Origin: Polyangiaceae bacterium
Lineage (GTDB): Bacteria > Myxococcota_A > Polyangia > Polyangiales > Polyangiaceae
Length of the DNA stretch: 64,000 nucleotides
Direction of reading: 5' to 3'
Assembly (NCBI GenBank): GCA_965222375.1
Contig: CBDCTZ010000014.1
Location: 704,001-768,000, forward strand
Made by a program: the position numbers and the translations under genes. The notes under the pieces are model-generated. The model made no database searches, was not told the DNA's origin, and saw nothing but the letters and a program-made list of their open reading frames with translations. How positions within the stretch are numbered: position 1 is the first letter of the stretch; every line of letters starts with the position of its first letter. Positions 1 to 10,142 of the stretch are shown piece by piece.

Positions 1-1228
1 CCTGTCCACCAACGCCAAGGGCTGCAACGCCACGGCGATCTGGCGTGCGCACCGCCGCGGCGCCCTGTTCGCAAACCCTTGCTACACGCAGATCCACCCG
101 ACCTGCATTCCACCGAGCGGCGACTACCAGTCCAAGCTGACCCTGATGAGTGAGTCGCTACGCAACGATGGGCGGGTCTGGGTGCCGAAGAACGTCGACG
201 ACTGCGCCAAAGACCCGAGCACCATCGCCGAGAAGGATCGGGACTACTACCTCGAGCGGATCTACCCGAGTTTCGGCAACTTGGTGCCGCGCGACATCGC
301 GTCCCGCCGCGCCAAGATGGTCTGCGATGAAGGCCGCGGGGTTGGGCCTCAGGTCAACGGCGTGCGTCGTGGCGTGTATCTGGATTTTCGGGACGCCATC
401 AAGCGCTTGGGCCAAAAGGTCGTCGCGGAACGCTACGGCAATCTGTTTGACATGTACGAGCGCATCACCGGTGAAAACCCGTACAAGGTTCCGATGCGCA
501 TCTACCCCGCCACCCACTACACCATGGGTGGACTGTGGGTGGACTACAACCTGATGAGCAACGTGCCGGGACTGTTCGTCGCTGGCGAAGCTAACTTCTC
601 CGATCACGGTGCGAACCGTCTGGGCGCCAGCGCCCTCATGCAAGGCCTAGCGGATGGCTACTTCGTGCTGCCTTACGTGTTGGGCAACTACCTCGCGCAA
701 GCGACGCTGGCCAAGGTCGACGAGGGTCATGCGGAGGTGAAGAAGGCAATCACGGATGTTGAAGCGCGCACCAAGAAGCTTCTCGCTAGCGACGGCAACC
801 GCAGTCCGGACTCCTTCCACCGCGAGTTGGGCAACATCATTTGGGAAAATGTCGGCATGGCGCGGGCCAAACCGAATCTGGAGCAGGCGTTGCAGCGTAT
901 TCCAGAGCTGCGTGAGGAATTCTGGAGCAACCTGAAGGTCGTTGGCGACGGCGAGTCCATGAACCAGACCTTGGAAAAGGCGGGCCGGGTGGCGGACTTC
1001 ATGGAGCTGGGCGAGCTCATGGCTCGCGACGCTTTGGCTCGCGACGAGTCTTGCGGTTGCCACTTCCGGGAAGAGCACGTGACCGAGGAGGGTGAAGCCA
1101 AGCGCGACGACGAAGGCTTCATGCACGTTGCGGCGTGGGAATACAGCGGCGATGTTTCGAAGCCCAACCTCCACAAGGAGCGGCTGGACTACGAGTTCGT
1201 CAAGCCCACCATGAGGAGCTACAAATAA
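1..1228 (+). CDS. sdhA: Succinate dehydrogenase/fumarate reductase flavoprotein subunit (5' truncated by window)
   Basis: Frame open from base 2. Motifs [49 protein letters not shown]. Confidence 0.97.
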   Translation, partial: LSTNAKGCNATAIWRAHRRGALFANPCYTQIHPTCIPPSGDYQSKLTLMSESLRNDGRVWVPKNVDDCAKDPSTIAEKDRDYYLERIYPSFGNLVPRDIASRRAKMVCDEGRGVGPQVNGVRRGVYLDFRDAIKRLGQKVVAERYGNLFDMYERITGENPYKVPMRIYPATHYTMGGLWVDYNLMSNVPGLFVAGEANFSDHGANRLGASALMQGLADGYFVLPYVLGNYLAQATLAKVDEGHAEVKKAITDVEARTKKLLASDGNRSPDSFHRELGNIIWENVGMARAKPNLEQALQRIPELREEFWSNLKVVGDGESMNQTLEKAGRVADFMELGELMARDALARDESCGCHFREEHVTEEGEAKRDDEGFMHVAAWEYSGDVSKPNLHKERLDYEFVKPTMRSYK

Positions 1229-2016
1229 TGTCCGACTCCATGCGCATCACCCTGAACGTGTGGCGCCAAAACGGGCCCAAAGAGCCCGGGCAATTCGAGC
1301 GCCACGAGCTGACGGATGTGAGCGAGCACATGTCCTTTTTGGAGATGTTGGACGTGCTGAACGAAAAACTCATTGCGGAGGGCAAAGACCCCGTCGCCTT
1401 CGATCACGATTGCCGGGAAGGCATTTGCGGCATGTGCGGCATGGTCATCAATGGTCGTCCCCACGGCCCCCGGGAAGCGACCACGACCTGTCAGCTCCAC
1501 ATGCGCACGTTCTCCGATGGCGATGAGATCACCATCGAGCCCTGGCGTGCGACGGCTTTCCCGGTGATCAAGGACCTGATCGTCAATCGGCGCGCCTTCG
1601 ATCGCGTGGTGGAGGCCGGTGGCTACGTCTCGGTGCGATCCGGAAGCCCTCGGGACGCCAATGAGATCCCGATCCCGAAGAAAGACGCCGACGCTGCCAT
1701 GGACGCGGCCGCGTGTATCGGATGCGGCGCTTGTGTCGCGGCCTGCCCGAATGCCTCCGCCGCGCTCTTCGTAGCGGCCAAGGTTTCCCACCTCGGGCTC
1801 TTGCCTCAAGGTCAACCCGAACGCTTTGACCGAGTCCGCAAGATGGTCGGGCAGATGGACGTCGAGGGCTTTGGCCACTGCACGAATCACTTCGAGTGCA
1901 TGGCCGCGTGTCCCAAAGAGATCAGCGTGGACTTCATTGCCCGCATGAACCGCGACATGCTCAGCGCCATGGTCAAAGAAACGGACGTCGTCGCGCCGCG
2001 CAAACGCCGTTCCTAG
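1228..2016 (+). CDS. sdhB: Succinate dehydrogenase/fumarate reductase iron-sulfur subunit
   Basis: ATG overlaps the sdhA stop (TAATG). Fe-S motifs [33 protein letters not shown]. Confidence 0.97.
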   Translation: MSDSMRITLNVWRQNGPKEPGQFERHELTDVSEHMSFLEMLDVLNEKLIAEGKDPVAFDHDCREGICGMCGMVINGRPHGPREATTTCQLHMRTFSDGDEITIEPWRATAFPVIKDLIVNRRAFDRVVEAGGYVSVRSGSPRDANEIPIPKKDADAAMDAAACIGCGACVAACPNASAALFVAAKVSHLGLLPQGQPERFDRVRKMVGQMDVEGFGHCTNHFECMAACPKEISVDFIARMNRDMLSAMVKETDVVAPRKRRS

Positions 2017-2043
2017 CGCCGTGGATAGACGCTTGCTTCCTCA

Positions 2044-2130
2044 AGCCTAGTCCCCGCGTGGCCCCTGGCTTCGGGATGGGTTTGGGTCGCATCCCTGGTG
2101 CAGCCTGGGCCACTACTCCCGCCCCAGGCC
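2044..2130. repeat. Dispersed ~55-bp intergenic repeat (2077-2130) with a degenerate inverted partner (2044-2078)
   Basis: GGGTCGCATCCCTGGTGCAGCCTGGGCCACTACTCCCG matches copies at 34200, 55698, 55810 and 63481. Confidence 0.7.
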
Positions 2131-2146
2131 ACGGGGCGTGGGGTGC

Positions 2147-2839
2147 TCACAGTGCCATGCCGGTGATCCCGAGTCCGAACGCGTAGGCGTGGCCGAAGCC
2201 GGGATCCGTCGAGCAGCCCGTGCCGTTCGCGTAGCAGCTCGTCGTACTCCTCGCTCCCGCCCAGACTACGCGCGCGTAAGGACCTATTCGCACATGCTTG
2301 GTGAAAGCGTACTCCACGCCCAGGCCCGCAAACGCACCCAGCGCGCGATTGGACAAGCCCAGCGCCAGGTCTAGGTAGCCAATGGTTCGCCCCGAGCGCA
2401 GCGGGACGGGCCGCAACAACAACGCGGTCGTCAGAATATGATCACGCTCGCCTCCCGTTGCCGACCGGGTGTATGCAACGCTGACGTAGTCGATGGCCAT
2501 GCCAATCCCGAATCCCGAGCCCAGTGGTTTGATTGCATCCACTGCCAAGGAGGTACCCAGTTCTCGTGAGCTGCATTCATCGCAAGCTCCAACCAGAGAC
2601 ACACCGAACTTCAACCCGGCTTCGAACTGCGGAACCGGAGGTTCCTCTTTCTTGGCCTGCTGTGTCGCACCGCCCGCTGCGGAGCAGAGTGCAGGGCCCA
2701 GGGCGACGAGCATTGACACCCGCACGGGGTGAACCAGACGTTTCCTGAGCCCGCCGTGGCCACCTGTTGGGGGGGCCGTGCGGCCACTGTCGAATTCGAC
2801 GTTCCCGCTCACGGCCTGGGCGTGCCCCACGACTGCCAC
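2147..2839 (-). CDS. Hypothetical secreted protein, probable outer-membrane beta-barrel (start may be ATG 2713)
   Basis: Signal-like N-terminus and amphipathic strands (GFGIGMAIDY, FAGLGVEYAF, YAFGLGITGMAL). Confidence 0.6.
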   Translation of the reverse strand: MAVVGHAQAVSGNVEFDSGRTAPPTGGHGGLRKRLVHPVRVSMLVALGPALCSAAGGATQQAKKEEPPVPQFEAGLKFGVSLVGACDECSSRELGTSLAVDAIKPLGSGFGIGMAIDYVSVAYTRSATGGERDHILTTALLLRPVPLRSGRTIGYLDLALGLSNRALGAFAGLGVEYAFTKHVRIGPYARVVWAGARSTTSCYANGTGCSTDPGFGHAYAFGLGITGMAL

Positions 2840-2842
2840 CGT

Positions 2843-4240
2843 TCACGGCTTCGGCGTTCCCAGCGCGGCAATCGGCACTCGCGCCAGGCTCGAGGTGATC
2901 GTTTGCGCTCCGGGTACCGGGCGGAGCTGACCCCAGATCTCCCCATTGACGACATCCGTCGCTCGCTGCCAACCCATGCCCTTGGGCGCAGGCGCGTCGA
3001 CCCAGTGGCCATCGACAATGCGCACGGCGCGCAGGGTGTCCAGACTCTTGCGGTAGACCCACCAGCCTTCTCCGAAGCCAGCGCTGACCAAAGTGTTGGT
3101 GATGCCCTCCACGACCCGGACCTTCTTGGCCTTGAATGCCGCTGGCGTGGTGGCAAAGGGGCTCGTCCACAGCTCCAGCGCGCCGCTTTGACTTAGCTCT
3201 TGCCAGGCGATGTCGGTGTAGTCCGTTCGAAAGTCGGTTGCCCAGACGTTCGGCCGCGTGTGCAGCATTTCCACCACGCCGCTCGGGTGGCGCACGGCGA
3301 GCCCCTTGAACTCGCGGGTGAAGAGCAGCTCGTTTCCAAACACGATGGGAGCGTTGTCCTCGCTCACGTCCGGGGGGCGCGGCAACAGCTCTGGCTTGCC
3401 AGTGTAGGTCCAAGTGTAGATGATGTTCGGCACGATCATGGCCAGCGCCATGAAGTTCTTCGAGAATTGCACCTGGTGCACGCTGGTCAGATTGTTGCCG
3501 GTAACGGCTTGGGTCACATCTACGTGCTTTGGCGATGACGAGAGCATTTCGCCGATTTCGCCATACACGACGCGGGACTGACGTCCGCCTTTCGGAATGG
3601 TGTCGTAGTTCACAAGCAAGCTCGCCCCAGATTTCTCTCCAAAGCGGGCGTCGCCGACTATGCAGCCGGTGAGTGTGTTCGGCGATCGCCACGCGGCGAG
3701 GGGTTCGTTCAGATCGTAGATCGCGGTGGCGTTGTCCCTTGTGTCAAAGATAAGACGCAGCGAATACAGGACCTTGCCGCTGACTTTCGTGATCTCCATT
3801 CGATGCCCCAGCTTGGAACCGGGGACGTTGCTGGCTCCTGGCAATGCCGACGTATCCAAGTGGAGGCAACCGGTCACGCCGTTGTCGCAGTCGATCCAAG
3901 GCATAGGCGGCATCGCCTGTTTGGCGTCCTTGGCCTGGAGGTAGTTGCATCCCGCTGGGTTCCAGGCGGGCGTCTCCCAGTCTGCCGGGTTGGGCTGCCA
4001 GCCGCTGCCGTCGCCGGTGGTTCCTCCGGTCGCGGCGGTTGCCCCGCTGTTTCCGGAGCCGCCGGAACCACCACCGCTGACCCATCCGCCGAGGCCGGCC
4101 GTGGCCCCAGTTCCAGCTGTGCCGCCCGCGGAGGCGTCGGTCCGAGGTTGAGCGCCTGAGTCTCCGTCGCACCCAGAGCAACTGACGAGCGCAGCGCAGC
4201 TGAGCGCCTGGCACGCGCGGGCTAGGGTTGCAGGGGCCAC
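2843..4240 (-). CDS. Gly-rich-linker lipoprotein, paralog 1 (unknown function)
   Basis: GTG start after GGAG, lipobox-like AALVSC, Gly/Ser/Thr linker, then a Cys-containing beta-rich domain. Confidence 0.8.
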   Translation of the reverse strand: MAPATLARACQALSCAALVSCSGCDGDSGAQPRTDASAGGTAGTGATAGLGGWVSGGGSGGSGNSGATAATGGTTGDGSGWQPNPADWETPAWNPAGCNYLQAKDAKQAMPPMPWIDCDNGVTGCLHLDTSALPGASNVPGSKLGHRMEITKVSGKVLYSLRLIFDTRDNATAIYDLNEPLAAWRSPNTLTGCIVGDARFGEKSGASLLVNYDTIPKGGRQSRVVYGEIGEMLSSSPKHVDVTQAVTGNNLTSVHQVQFSKNFMALAMIVPNIIYTWTYTGKPELLPRPPDVSEDNAPIVFGNELLFTREFKGLAVRHPSGVVEMLHTRPNVWATDFRTDYTDIAWQELSQSGALELWTSPFATTPAAFKAKKVRVVEGITNTLVSAGFGEGWWVYRKSLDTLRAVRIVDGHWVDAPAPKGMGWQRATDVVNGEIWGQLRPVPGAQTITSSLARVPIAALGTPKP

Positions 4241-4431
4241 AGCGCTCCGCTTTCCTGCGGCGGACCTAGAACGTCTGCGCTTTGTTCGCGGACGAGCAGG
4301 TTGCCATCGCCGTCGTCGAGGGGGAGGGTCAGCCCGCGGCGGGTGATGAACGGCGCTGCAGTCAGGTGGCCCTTGCCCTGCATGCGCCCGATGGGGCGAG
4401 CCCGGCGTTTTCCGACCTGCAGCTGCACAAT
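4222..4431 (-). pseudogene. Duplicated 3' fragment of the trypsin-like protease gene
   Basis: Near-identical to 6110-6319 (IVQLQVG...WPLQP*). Confidence 0.9.
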
Positions 4432-4724
4432 AAGGAGGTACCCAGTTCTCGTGAGCTGCATTCATCGCAAGCTCCAACCAGAGACACACCGAACTTCAAC
4501 CCGGCTTCGAACTGCGGAACCGGAGGTTCCTCTTTCTTGGCCTGCCGTGTCGCACCGCCCGCTGCGGAGCAGAGTGCAGGGCCCAGGGCGACGAGCATTG
4601 ACACCCGCACGGGGTGAACCAGACGTTTCCTGAGCCCGCCGTGGCCACCTGTTGGGGGGGCCGTGCGGCCACTGTCGAATTCGACGTTCCCGCTCACGGT
4701 CTGGGCGTGCCCCACGGCTGCCAC
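4432..4724 (-). pseudogene. Duplicated 5' fragment of the beta-barrel gene, truncated at the duplication junction
   Basis: 3 mismatches versus 2547-2839. The frame runs on into the protease fragment out of frame and stops at 4362. Confidence 0.9.
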
Positions 4725-4727
4725 CGT

Positions 4728-6128
4728 TCACGGCTTCGGCGTTCCCAGCGCGGCAATCGGCATTCGCGCCAGGCTCGAGGTGATCGTTTCCGCGCCGGGC
4801 ACGGGGCGAAGCTGACCCCAGATCTCCCCATTGACGACATCCGTCGCTCGCTGCCAACCCATGCCCTTGGGCGCAGGCGCGTCGACCCAGTACCCGTCGG
4901 CAATGCGCACGGCGCGCAGGGTGTCCACGCTCTTGCGGTAGACCCACCAGCCTTCCCCGAAGCCGGCGCTAACCAAGGTGTTGTTGTTACCCTCGACAAC
5001 GCGGACCTTCTTGGCCTTGAATGCCCCTGGCGTGGTCGCGAACGGGCTCGTCCACAGCTCCAGCACGCCGCTCTGGCTCAGCTCCTGCCAAGCGATGTTG
5101 AGGTAGTCGGTTTGAAAGAAGGTGGCCCAGACGTTCGGCCGGGTGTGCAGCATTTCCACCGCGCCGCTCGGGTGGCGCACGGCGAGCCCCTTGAACTCGC
5201 GGGTGAAGAGCAGCTCGTTTCCGAACACGATGGGAGCGTGATCTTCGCTCACGTCCGCCGGTCGTGGTAGCAATTGCGGTTTGCCGGCATACGTCCATGT
5301 GTACAGCACGTTGGGCGCGATCATGTCGAGGACCATGAGATCCTCTGAGAATTGTACCTGTTGCACGCTGGCGATCGTGCTCCCCGTAACGGCTTCGTTC
5401 ATGTCCACGTACTTCGGTGCTGAGGACAGCATTTCGCCGATTTCGCCGTAGACGACTCGAGAGCGTTGCCCGCCTTTTGGGAGAGTGTCGTAGTGCACGC
5501 GCACACTCGCGCCTGAAGTTTGCCCAAAGCGAGCGTCACCGATCACGCAGTTCGTCAGCATGTCCGGCGCCCGCCAAGCCGCGAGGGGGCCGTTCAGGTC
5601 GTAGACAGCGGTGGCATTGTCGTAGGTATCGAACATCATCGGCAGAGAAAAGAGGACCTTGCCACTCGCGCCCGAGATTTCCATCCGATGCCCCAGCTTG
5701 GAACCGGGCACGCTGCTTTTTCCTGGCACGGCGGAAGTATCCACGTAGAGGCAGCCGGCAACGCCGTTGTCGCAATCGATCCAGGGCGTGGGTGGCAGCG
5801 CTTGTTTCGCGTCCTTGGCTTGTAGATAGTTGCACTCGGCAGGATTCCACGCCGGGGTCTTCCAATGTGCTGGGTTGGGCTGCCAACCACCGCCGTCGCC
5901 GGTGGTTCCTCCGGTCGCGGCGGTTGCCCCGCTGTTTCCGGATCCCCCGGAGCCACCACCACTGCTGACCCATCCGCCGAGGCCAGCCGTGGCGCCGGTT
6001 CCGGACCCACCCCCGAGGCTGGCGTCGGAGCGCGGGTGAGCGTCCGAGCCTCCGTCGCACCCAGAGCAACTGACGAGGGCAGCGCAGCTGAGGGCCTGGC
6101 AGGCTCGGGCTAGGGCTGCAGGGGCCAC
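4728..6128 (-). CDS. Gly-rich-linker lipoprotein, paralog 2 (unknown function)
   Basis: GTG start overlaps the end of the protease gene. Same lipobox as paralog 1 and ~83% aa identity to it by manual alignment. Confidence 0.8.
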   Translation of the reverse strand: MAPAALARACQALSCAALVSCSGCDGGSDAHPRSDASLGGGSGTGATAGLGGWVSSGGGSGGSGNSGATAATGGTTGDGGGWQPNPAHWKTPAWNPAECNYLQAKDAKQALPPTPWIDCDNGVAGCLYVDTSAVPGKSSVPGSKLGHRMEISGASGKVLFSLPMMFDTYDNATAVYDLNGPLAAWRAPDMLTNCVIGDARFGQTSGASVRVHYDTLPKGGQRSRVVYGEIGEMLSSAPKYVDMNEAVTGSTIASVQQVQFSEDLMVLDMIAPNVLYTWTYAGKPQLLPRPADVSEDHAPIVFGNELLFTREFKGLAVRHPSGAVEMLHTRPNVWATFFQTDYLNIAWQELSQSGVLELWTSPFATTPGAFKAKKVRVVEGNNNTLVSAGFGEGWWVYRKSVDTLRAVRIADGYWVDAPAPKGMGWQRATDVVNGEIWGQLRPVPGAETITSSLARMPIAALGTPKP

Positions 6129-9100
6129 AGCGCTCCGCTTTCCTGCGGCGGACCTAGAACGTCTGCGCTTTGTTCGCGGACGAGCAGGTTGCCATCGCCG
6201 TCGTCGAGGGGGAGGGTCAGCCCGCGGCGGGTGATGAACGGCGCTGCAGCCAGGTGGCCCTTGCCCTGCATGCGCCCGATGGGGCGAGCCCGGCGTTGTC
6301 CGACCTGCAGCTGCACAATGCGGAAGCGCGCTGGCTTGTCGCGGCTGGCCGCGACGAGCAGCGAGCCATCTTCCCCAGGTGTGAGGAAGACCTCCCCCTT
6401 CCAGGCGTGCGGAAGCGTGGCTAGCACATCCGCCTGGCCCGTGAGGCCGATGCGATAGAGGTGCACAGCACTGCTCTTCTGGCTGTTCTCCTTGTTGTGC
6501 TTGGGCTTCTTCTTGCCTTGGTACTCTGCGCTCCCGCGCGCAAGTACGAACAGCGCGTTGTGCTGGCTCACGAAGGTCATGGCGATGGGATCCACCGGAA
6601 GACGCCTGCCCTCGAGGGGGATCTCGTTCCATTCCCGTAGCAGCACGTTGAAGTGTCTCAAGCGTGCTCCCGGCTCTCCCTGCTGGCGAGCCAGCACGAA
6701 GAGCGCGCCGTAGGTGCCGGAGAGGGTGGCTGCGCTCGCCGCCACGGGCTGTCCCTGCTTCACGCCCGGGCAGCCCACGGTGGGCTGCCCGGCGCACTGT
6801 CTGAAGGCCCGCTCGCCGCCGGGATCGATGATGATGCCTCGGCTCTCGACCAGGCGGCCGTCGCTCCCCTGCGCGATGGCGCCCTCGAAGGTCATCGTCT
6901 CGAGATCGACGAATGCCAGCCGTGGCGCGAACTCAGCAGCGCGGGCCGCGAGGACGTTGGCGTGCTCCGCCGCCGGTATGACGGTTGCAGTGGGCGAAGC
7001 CAACAATGCTTGCGCCGTTTCGCTGACCAGATCCGTGACATCCGCGGCACCGCTCCGCGTGACGCCGAAGAGGGCGGTCGTCACACTCGGGCGCGGAAAG
7101 ACGTAGATCGGGACGGACAGTCCAAAGCGGCAATTGGGGTCGAGCTTGCACGGGCTGCGCCACCAACCAGGCACACGGAAGAAGTCTTGCAGCGGGATCT
7201 TACCGCCATCGATGTGCGTGCGCACGCGAAGCCGCATCGGCATCCAGTGGCTGGCCAGATCCCTGAGGCTCAGCGGGAACAGGGCGTTGTGGGCGCGCAC
7301 ATTGGACTGCACCAAGCCGTCGATGACGACACCGCTGGCTCCTGCTGTGTCCAAGGGCAGGATCGGATTCGGCGTGCTCATGATGGTCGACTGGTCGCTT
7401 TCGAACAGCCAGTGAAACGCCGGTCGCGGGCTCGGCCCCGGGAACGTGAACAGATCGTTGGCGGTTCCTCGTTCCTGGATGGAGCCCACGGTGAAGGTTT
7501 GGAAGGGTGGGTCGACGCTCATCTCCTTCAGCTCAGGAGCCACCGCGAATAGGTTGGCACTGATTGGGCAACCGCCCGCGACGGCCAGACAGCGGGCCAA
7601 ACGATCCGCTTGATTCTCGAACGGCGGATCGCACTGACAGAACCGATAGCCCGTGTGCCCAACGCTCGGCGTGCCCGTCTGCCCCGGCATACGCGTCGGG
7701 TTGCGTTCGACCAACGATGTCGCGGCCCAGGAGCACGTGCCCCCGATCAGGGGTGACGCTCCGCACTGCACGGGCGAGGGCGCACCGTACTTCGCTGAAT
7801 CCAGGGCGACCTGCTGCTTGCTCAGCTCCGTGCAAGGGATGTTGTCGCAGGCATCGCCCTGGTACCGATTGCGAACCTGGGACACGATGGGCGCCGGCGC
7901 AGGAGCGAGCGGGTTGCCGATCACGTCGTCCTCGCGAAGCCCCGGACGCGGTCCCCACTGCAGAACTTCGCTGTCCTCGTTGCAGTTGTCGCCGTTGTCC
8001 ACCAACTGTGGGCAGAGGTCGCAGGCATCACCCGGGTCCAGCGGGCCGGAGCGGTCGAAGGGATCGTTCGGGAGCTGCAGAAGCGCGTCTGCGGGATTGG
8101 GCGCGTTGGTGTCGTCCGTATTGAGTTGGTCCGGGTTGTAGTCGTTGGGGCAGTTGTCGTTGCCGCTGAACACCAGGTCGCAATCCGGGTCGGCCGCCAC
8201 ATTGCAACTGGGATCGCATAGCTGATTGCTTGCAACGTCGCATCCGGGGGTGCCGAACGTGGTGCGGGCGTAGTCCGTCTCACCCTCCCAACGCCCGTCG
8301 CCGTTGCGATCCACGATGCTCTCGATCCACGCACGCATGGTGGGTGCGGTGATGTCGGCAAAGGCGTCGGTTGTGAGTTCCTCACCGCACAGGAAGTCTG
8401 GGCAGCCTGACTTGTCCCACCAGGACCCAGAAAGCACGCCGATTACGTCCCGCGTAGGAATGACGCCCCTCGAAATGAACAGCGGACCGCCGGAGTCACC
8501 TCTGTTCGTGTGCGGATCGCCGGACTGGATCACCTTTCGTGCGGTCTGCGCCCACAGACCGTAACCCTGCCCGACTTCTACCTGTGTCAGTTCCAGCGCG
8601 CTGGACTCGAATTTCTGGCGCAGCGGTGGTGGCAGTAGGACGAGGCCGCCGTTGCTGTCGATGAAGGGCCTGAGCCCGAACCCGGCGGCACCACCGGAGA
8701 TCACCGCCGCGTTTGCCGGGGCAGGCCAGTTCGGCACCGGGATTTCGTGGAGCGTTGGCCGGACGAAGGACGGCTTCACGGGGGATGCTTCCATCGTAAT
8801 TGGGGCGTCGAGACGTATGATGGCCACGTCCCTTGCCCGTTGGAATGGGGTTGCTCCCTTGTCCGGAACGAAAGACGGCGGCACGTGATTGAAAACCGCA
8901 ACCACCTTGCGCTGTGCGCGCGGCGGCAGCTTGAACACCAGAGCCCCCGCCTGGTTGTTGAGGCCGAAGCTCACGGTTGCACCGACATTCGGCCTGCAGT
9001 GCACGGCAGTCAAACCCAGCGTGGACGTAATGAGCGAGCCTGAACACTCTCCAGAGTTGGTAGAAATGAAGAAAGTCGCATTCGCCAGTGGTGTGTCGAC

Positions 9101-9306
9101 GTCGTCCACACCGTTCGTGATCGCTTGCTGCGTGTTGCCCAGCGCTGGCGCAGGCTTTTCCAGCTCCTGCGAACAGCTCGCCAGCAACCCCAAACCCATC
9201 AGCGCAACCGCTACGCTGCGTGCTGCGTGCTGCGTGCTGCGTGCTGCGTGCTGCGTGCTGCGTGCTGCGTGCTGCGTGCTGCGTGCTGCGTGCTGCGTGC
9301 TCTCAT
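6110..9306 (-). CDS. Trypsin-like (S1) serine protease lipoprotein with thrombospondin type-3 repeats; frameshifted by an SSR in the signal peptide (contiguous ORF 6110-9199)
   Basis: Triad motifs TAVHC, RDVAIIRL, RGDSGGP. TSP3-like DNCPNDYNPDQLNTD and GDACDLCP. Lipobox LLASC. SD GGGGAGGT before ATG 9306. Confidence 0.85.
9215..9301. repeat. Heptanucleotide tandem repeat (GCTGCGT)12 + GCT
   Basis: Perfect 7-bp array counted directly. Confidence 0.97.
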
Positions 9307-9455
9307 CTGAACCTCCCCGAGAGTGTCAGAATACGCTGCGTCGCGGAGCAGTCAAACCCGCGGGACTGATGTGTAGGTGCGTGTGGGCCTGCTGCTGCTG
9401 GTCCGGATTCGCAAACGTTGCAGCGATGCCGCAACGGGACGGGGCCGGCATGAAA

Positions 9456-9657
9456 ACGAAATGACGGATGTCAGCGAGCACATGTCATTTCTGGGATGGT
9501 CGGGCAGATGGATGTCGAGGGCTTCGGCCATTGCACCAACCACTTCGAGTGCATGGCCGCGTGTCCCAAAGAGATCAGCGTGGACTTCATTGCCCGCATG
9601 AACCGCGACATGGTCAAAGAAAAAGACGTCTTGCCTCCCCGCAAACGGCGCTCCTAG
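9456..9657 (+). pseudogene. sdhB: Degenerate sdhB remnant with internal deletions
   Basis: [10 protein letters not shown] segment joined directly to [38 protein letters not shown]...PRKRRS*. Confidence 0.9.
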
Positions 9658-10142
9658 CGCCGTGGTCGACGACGCCGTCGGCGCTGCATGTGGCGTCGGA
9701 TGTCCTTTTGCATCTTCTTGACCGCCACCATCAGTTTGGCCTGCTGCTTCGGCGTCAACACCTTGGCCAACGCATCGAACTCTTTGTCGCGCAAGGCTCG
9801 CAGCTTCCTCTCGCCGTCCCGAGCACCCTTGATGGCACGGGCGTAGGCCTGTTGATCGCCACTGTCGGCGGATAGCAACGCCATCACGGTTCGGCGATGC
9901 TGCTTGGTTTGTTTCTTGAGGGTGCGACGCTGTTTGGCATGTTGATCGAGGATCTTCTCGACTTGCGCCGTTTTGGCTTCGTCCAGGCCGACTTTCTGCC
10001 GTAGCAGGCGTGCCCGCGCCTGCTCGAGGCGTTTGGCCACCCGCGCACTGCGCTGCTTGGGTTGTGCTTCAGCGGGGGGCGCTGCCGTCAGGATCAGCCC
10101 CGCGCTCAGCGCCGCGGGCAACAGGAATTTCAGAACTTTCAT
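9654..10142 (-). CDS. Spy/CpxP-like (periplasmic heavy-metal sensor type) helical protein
   Basis: Signal peptide, helical basic domain, [10 protein letters not shown] (LTxxQ) motif. Confidence 0.75.
   Translation of the reverse strand: MKVLKFLLPAALSAGLILTAAPPAEAQPKQRSARVAKRLEQARARLLRQKVGLDEAKTAQVEKILDQHAKQRRTLKKQTKQHRRTVMALLSADSGDQQAYARAIKGARDGERKLRALRDKEFDALAKVLTPKQQAKLMVAVKKMQKDIRRHMQRRRRRRPRR

Larger units (their letters stand above)
2547..6319. repeat. Tandem direct duplication: unit 1 = 2547-4431 (1885 bp), unit 2 = 4432-6319 (1888 bp)
   Basis: Direct comparison of the two units. Junction GCACAAT|AAGGAGGTACC at 4431/4432. Confidence 0.95.
2025..9455. mobile_element. Putative acquired cassette/genomic islet flanked by sdhB and a degenerate sdhB copy (no integrase inside)
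   Basis: The sdhB 3' end plus the following CGCCGTGG (to 2024) recurs at ~9495-9665. Accessory surface-protein genes lie between the two copies. Confidence 0.6.

Noticed and set aside
4362..4724. Chimeric 120-aa ORF as a new functional gene
   Set aside because: It is a by-product of the duplication junction: a truncated barrel N-terminus with a short out-of-frame tail.
2843..6128. Diversity-generating retroelement (template/variable repeat pair)
   Set aside because: No reverse transcriptase in the window. Differences are not adenine-specific, span the whole gene and include many synonymous changes.
8889..9464. ORF with (LRAACCV)n repeats resembling a RiPP precursor
   Set aside because: It is only the plus-strand translation of the 7-bp SSR, overlaps the protease gene on the opposite strand, and has no modification enzymes nearby.
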